DNA from: an uncultured Desulfobacterales bacterium
GTDB taxonomy: Bacteria > Desulfobacterota > Desulfobacteria > Desulfobacterales > UBA11574
DNA: 64,000 nucleotides
Assembly: GCA_937998305.1 (NCBI GenBank)
Contig: CALLDL010000004.1
Span: forward strand, 7,103-71,102
Direction of reading: 5' to 3'
Shown here one piece after another: positions 62,875 to 64,000 of this stretch; the first letter of the stretch is position 1, and each line of letters starts with the position of its first letter. The translations under genes were made by a program, and so were the position numbers. The notes under the pieces are model-generated. The model had not been told where the DNA came from. It ran no database searches and saw only the letters and a program-made list of their open reading frames with translations.

Positions 62875-63919
62875 TCCCCCCCTCTTTTATTCGATGATAT
62901 AATCGTATGGCCAGCGTTTTCGCCTGATTAATGGTTGCAGCTTCCCGAATGCCTGCCAAATACGAACCATGGAAAAAAACTATTTCATAGGTGTCTAAAA
63001 TTTCTATCAATCGAGCACCTTTTATCGACAGCTGCGCTTCAATATTTTTCCCGCCGTATGCTAATAAAAACATTATGTAAGCCGAGGCCAATTCTTTTGC
63101 TTTAACAGGTGTTCTGCGATGGGAGAGATATGCCGTGAGGTTGTGCTCGTCAAATTCATATTCGGCAGTGTAAATCTTATCGAAACCATCATATCCAAAA
63201 GCATCCGAAGAGATTAAGACCATACTGTTTTTTACCAGTTCTTGCTTGGGGAACAGCTCAGTTTCATTGACGGCAGCTATTTTTGCAGGGGTGTTGCGAA
63301 TGAACGTCTCGGCCATCATTTTTACAGGCTGCTGAACCTGTTCGGATACATTGGATGCAATGATTTCTACATAATAACGGCCATGAATCAGAAAGAGAGC
63401 GTTGGGTGTCCTGTAGGCATGTTGAGCCAAACCGAGGGACTCTGCATCTTGCCGGCGCTGGGCGCTGAACACTGAAAAAGCGTTTTGACTGTTGCCCATG
63501 TCATAAACAAAGGCTTCCATCCACAGATCGGTTGCACGTTCATCCCTAAAGCGCTGACTGATCAAACGGGTAAAACCGGCGGACAAGTACAATTCGGCCT
63601 TGCCGTTGATTTTATCGGAAAGATTGCGGGGGTCAAACATCTCCGTTGATGTGAGGGGCTGTATGCCTTCAGGCAAGGGGACAAAGGATGCGTTCGGAGA
63701 CAATTGAGAAGATGGTTTGTCTTTGTCTGGCTTCGGTAAAAGAGCATCTTTTTGCAATATCCCGGGGTTAAATTGGGATTGGGTGATAAATATACCCACC
63801 CCGATAACTATGAGAATGGATAAAATAACCATACTCAAAAACGTTTGCCGCCGACTGTTGTTTTTATTCTCCCGAATCACTGAATCCTCAAACTTTGACA
63901 GTAATTTTGGCAAAGACAC
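62852..63919 (-). CDS. membrane-anchored hypothetical protein
   Basis: 355-aa ORF with a single N-terminal TM (FLSMVILSILIVIGVGIFI). 23-nt overlap with the downstream DUF362 gene. Confidence 0.5.
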   Translation of the reverse strand: MSLPKLLSKFEDSVIRENKNNSRRQTFLSMVILSILIVIGVGIFITQSQFNPGILQKDALLPKPDKDKPSSQLSPNASFVPLPEGIQPLTSTEMFDPRNLSDKINGKAELYLSAGFTRLISQRFRDERATDLWMEAFVYDMGNSQNAFSVFSAQRRQDAESLGLAQHAYRTPNALFLIHGRYYVEIIASNVSEQVQQPVKMMAETFIRNTPAKIAAVNETELFPKQELVKNSMVLISSDAFGYDGFDKIYTAEYEFDEHNLTAYLSHRRTPVKAKELASAYIMFLLAYGGKNIEAQLSIKGARLIEILDTYEIVFFHGSYLAGIREAATINQAKTLAIRLYHRIKEGGNESRSEQ

Positions 63920-63921
63920 TT

Positions 63922-64000
63922 GTACGTGTTCAGGGGGTGCGCTCTCCCCGCGTCACTTTGACGTCTACGTGTCTGGTCATTTCAATGACTTAGCATAATG
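63922..64000 (+). repeat. family A element, copy A4 (cut by the window edge)
   Basis: GTACGTGTTCAGGGGGTGCGCTCTCCCCGCGTCACTTTGACGTCTACGTGTCTGGTCATTTCAATGACTTAGCA aligns to the 5' halves of A1 and A2. Confidence 0.75.

Noticed and set aside
1-64000. CRISPR arrays, tRNA/rRNA genes, transposases, integrases, phage genes, toxin-antitoxin pairs
   Set aside because: I scanned for regularly spaced direct repeats, tRNA T-arm-like GGTTCGAATCC motifs and characteristic protein motifs. None were found, and the only repeats are the dispersed inverted-repeat families listed.

Overview
This 64-kb chromosomal window appears to come from an anaerobic, probably sulfate-reducing Desulfobacterota (Desulfobacterales-like) genome. 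That origin is inferred from gene content: desulfoferrodoxin, rubrerythrin, rubredoxin:oxygen oxidoreductase, a PpcA-like c7 cytochrome, a sigma-54 enhancer-binding protein and several sigma-54-type promoters. I see no rRNA, tRNA, CRISPR array, transposase or phage genes. Main blocks: (1) 44-18400, housekeeping and metal genes (alr, usp, gpmI, mntP, ZIP, TrxR-like, a sigma-54 activator, an AspA-like lyase). (2) 18535-29234, a roughly 11-kb oxygen/ROS-defence supercluster: ferritin-like proteins, rbr, dfx, ferritin, flavodoxin, cydAB plus a c7 cytochrome, an Isf-ArsC fusion, two rubredoxins, a flavodiiron protein and a ferredoxin. (3) 29426-34729: a HEAT-like protein, a rhomboid-DnaJ_C fusion, pilD and a two-gene purH. 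(4) 35079-46352, an 11-kb minus-strand envelope cluster that I cannot assign to any named system. It has a MotA/ExbB-type channel, two paralogous ExbD-like-TM/coiled-coil/VWA proteins, a degenerate Hsp70-FHA protein, a PEGA-repeat FGE-sulfatase protein, a TPR-PEGA protein, a K/P-rich small secreted protein, a lipoprotein and a secreted coiled-coil protein. This is my best candidate for an undescribed system. (5) 47178-63919: a GMP-synthase-like PP-loop ATPase, DUF1846, CoADR-rhodanese, a PAS sensor, DMT, HU, a response regulator, a CPBP protease, a Tat-AKR with a decayed tandem copy, and a Tat-DUF362/polyferredoxin operon. The intergenic space holds at least seven families of small structured inverted-repeat (MITE/REP-like) elements. 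One family brackets mntP and shows compensatory stem changes between copies. All calls rest on motifs read by eye and remembered family signatures; no searches were run.
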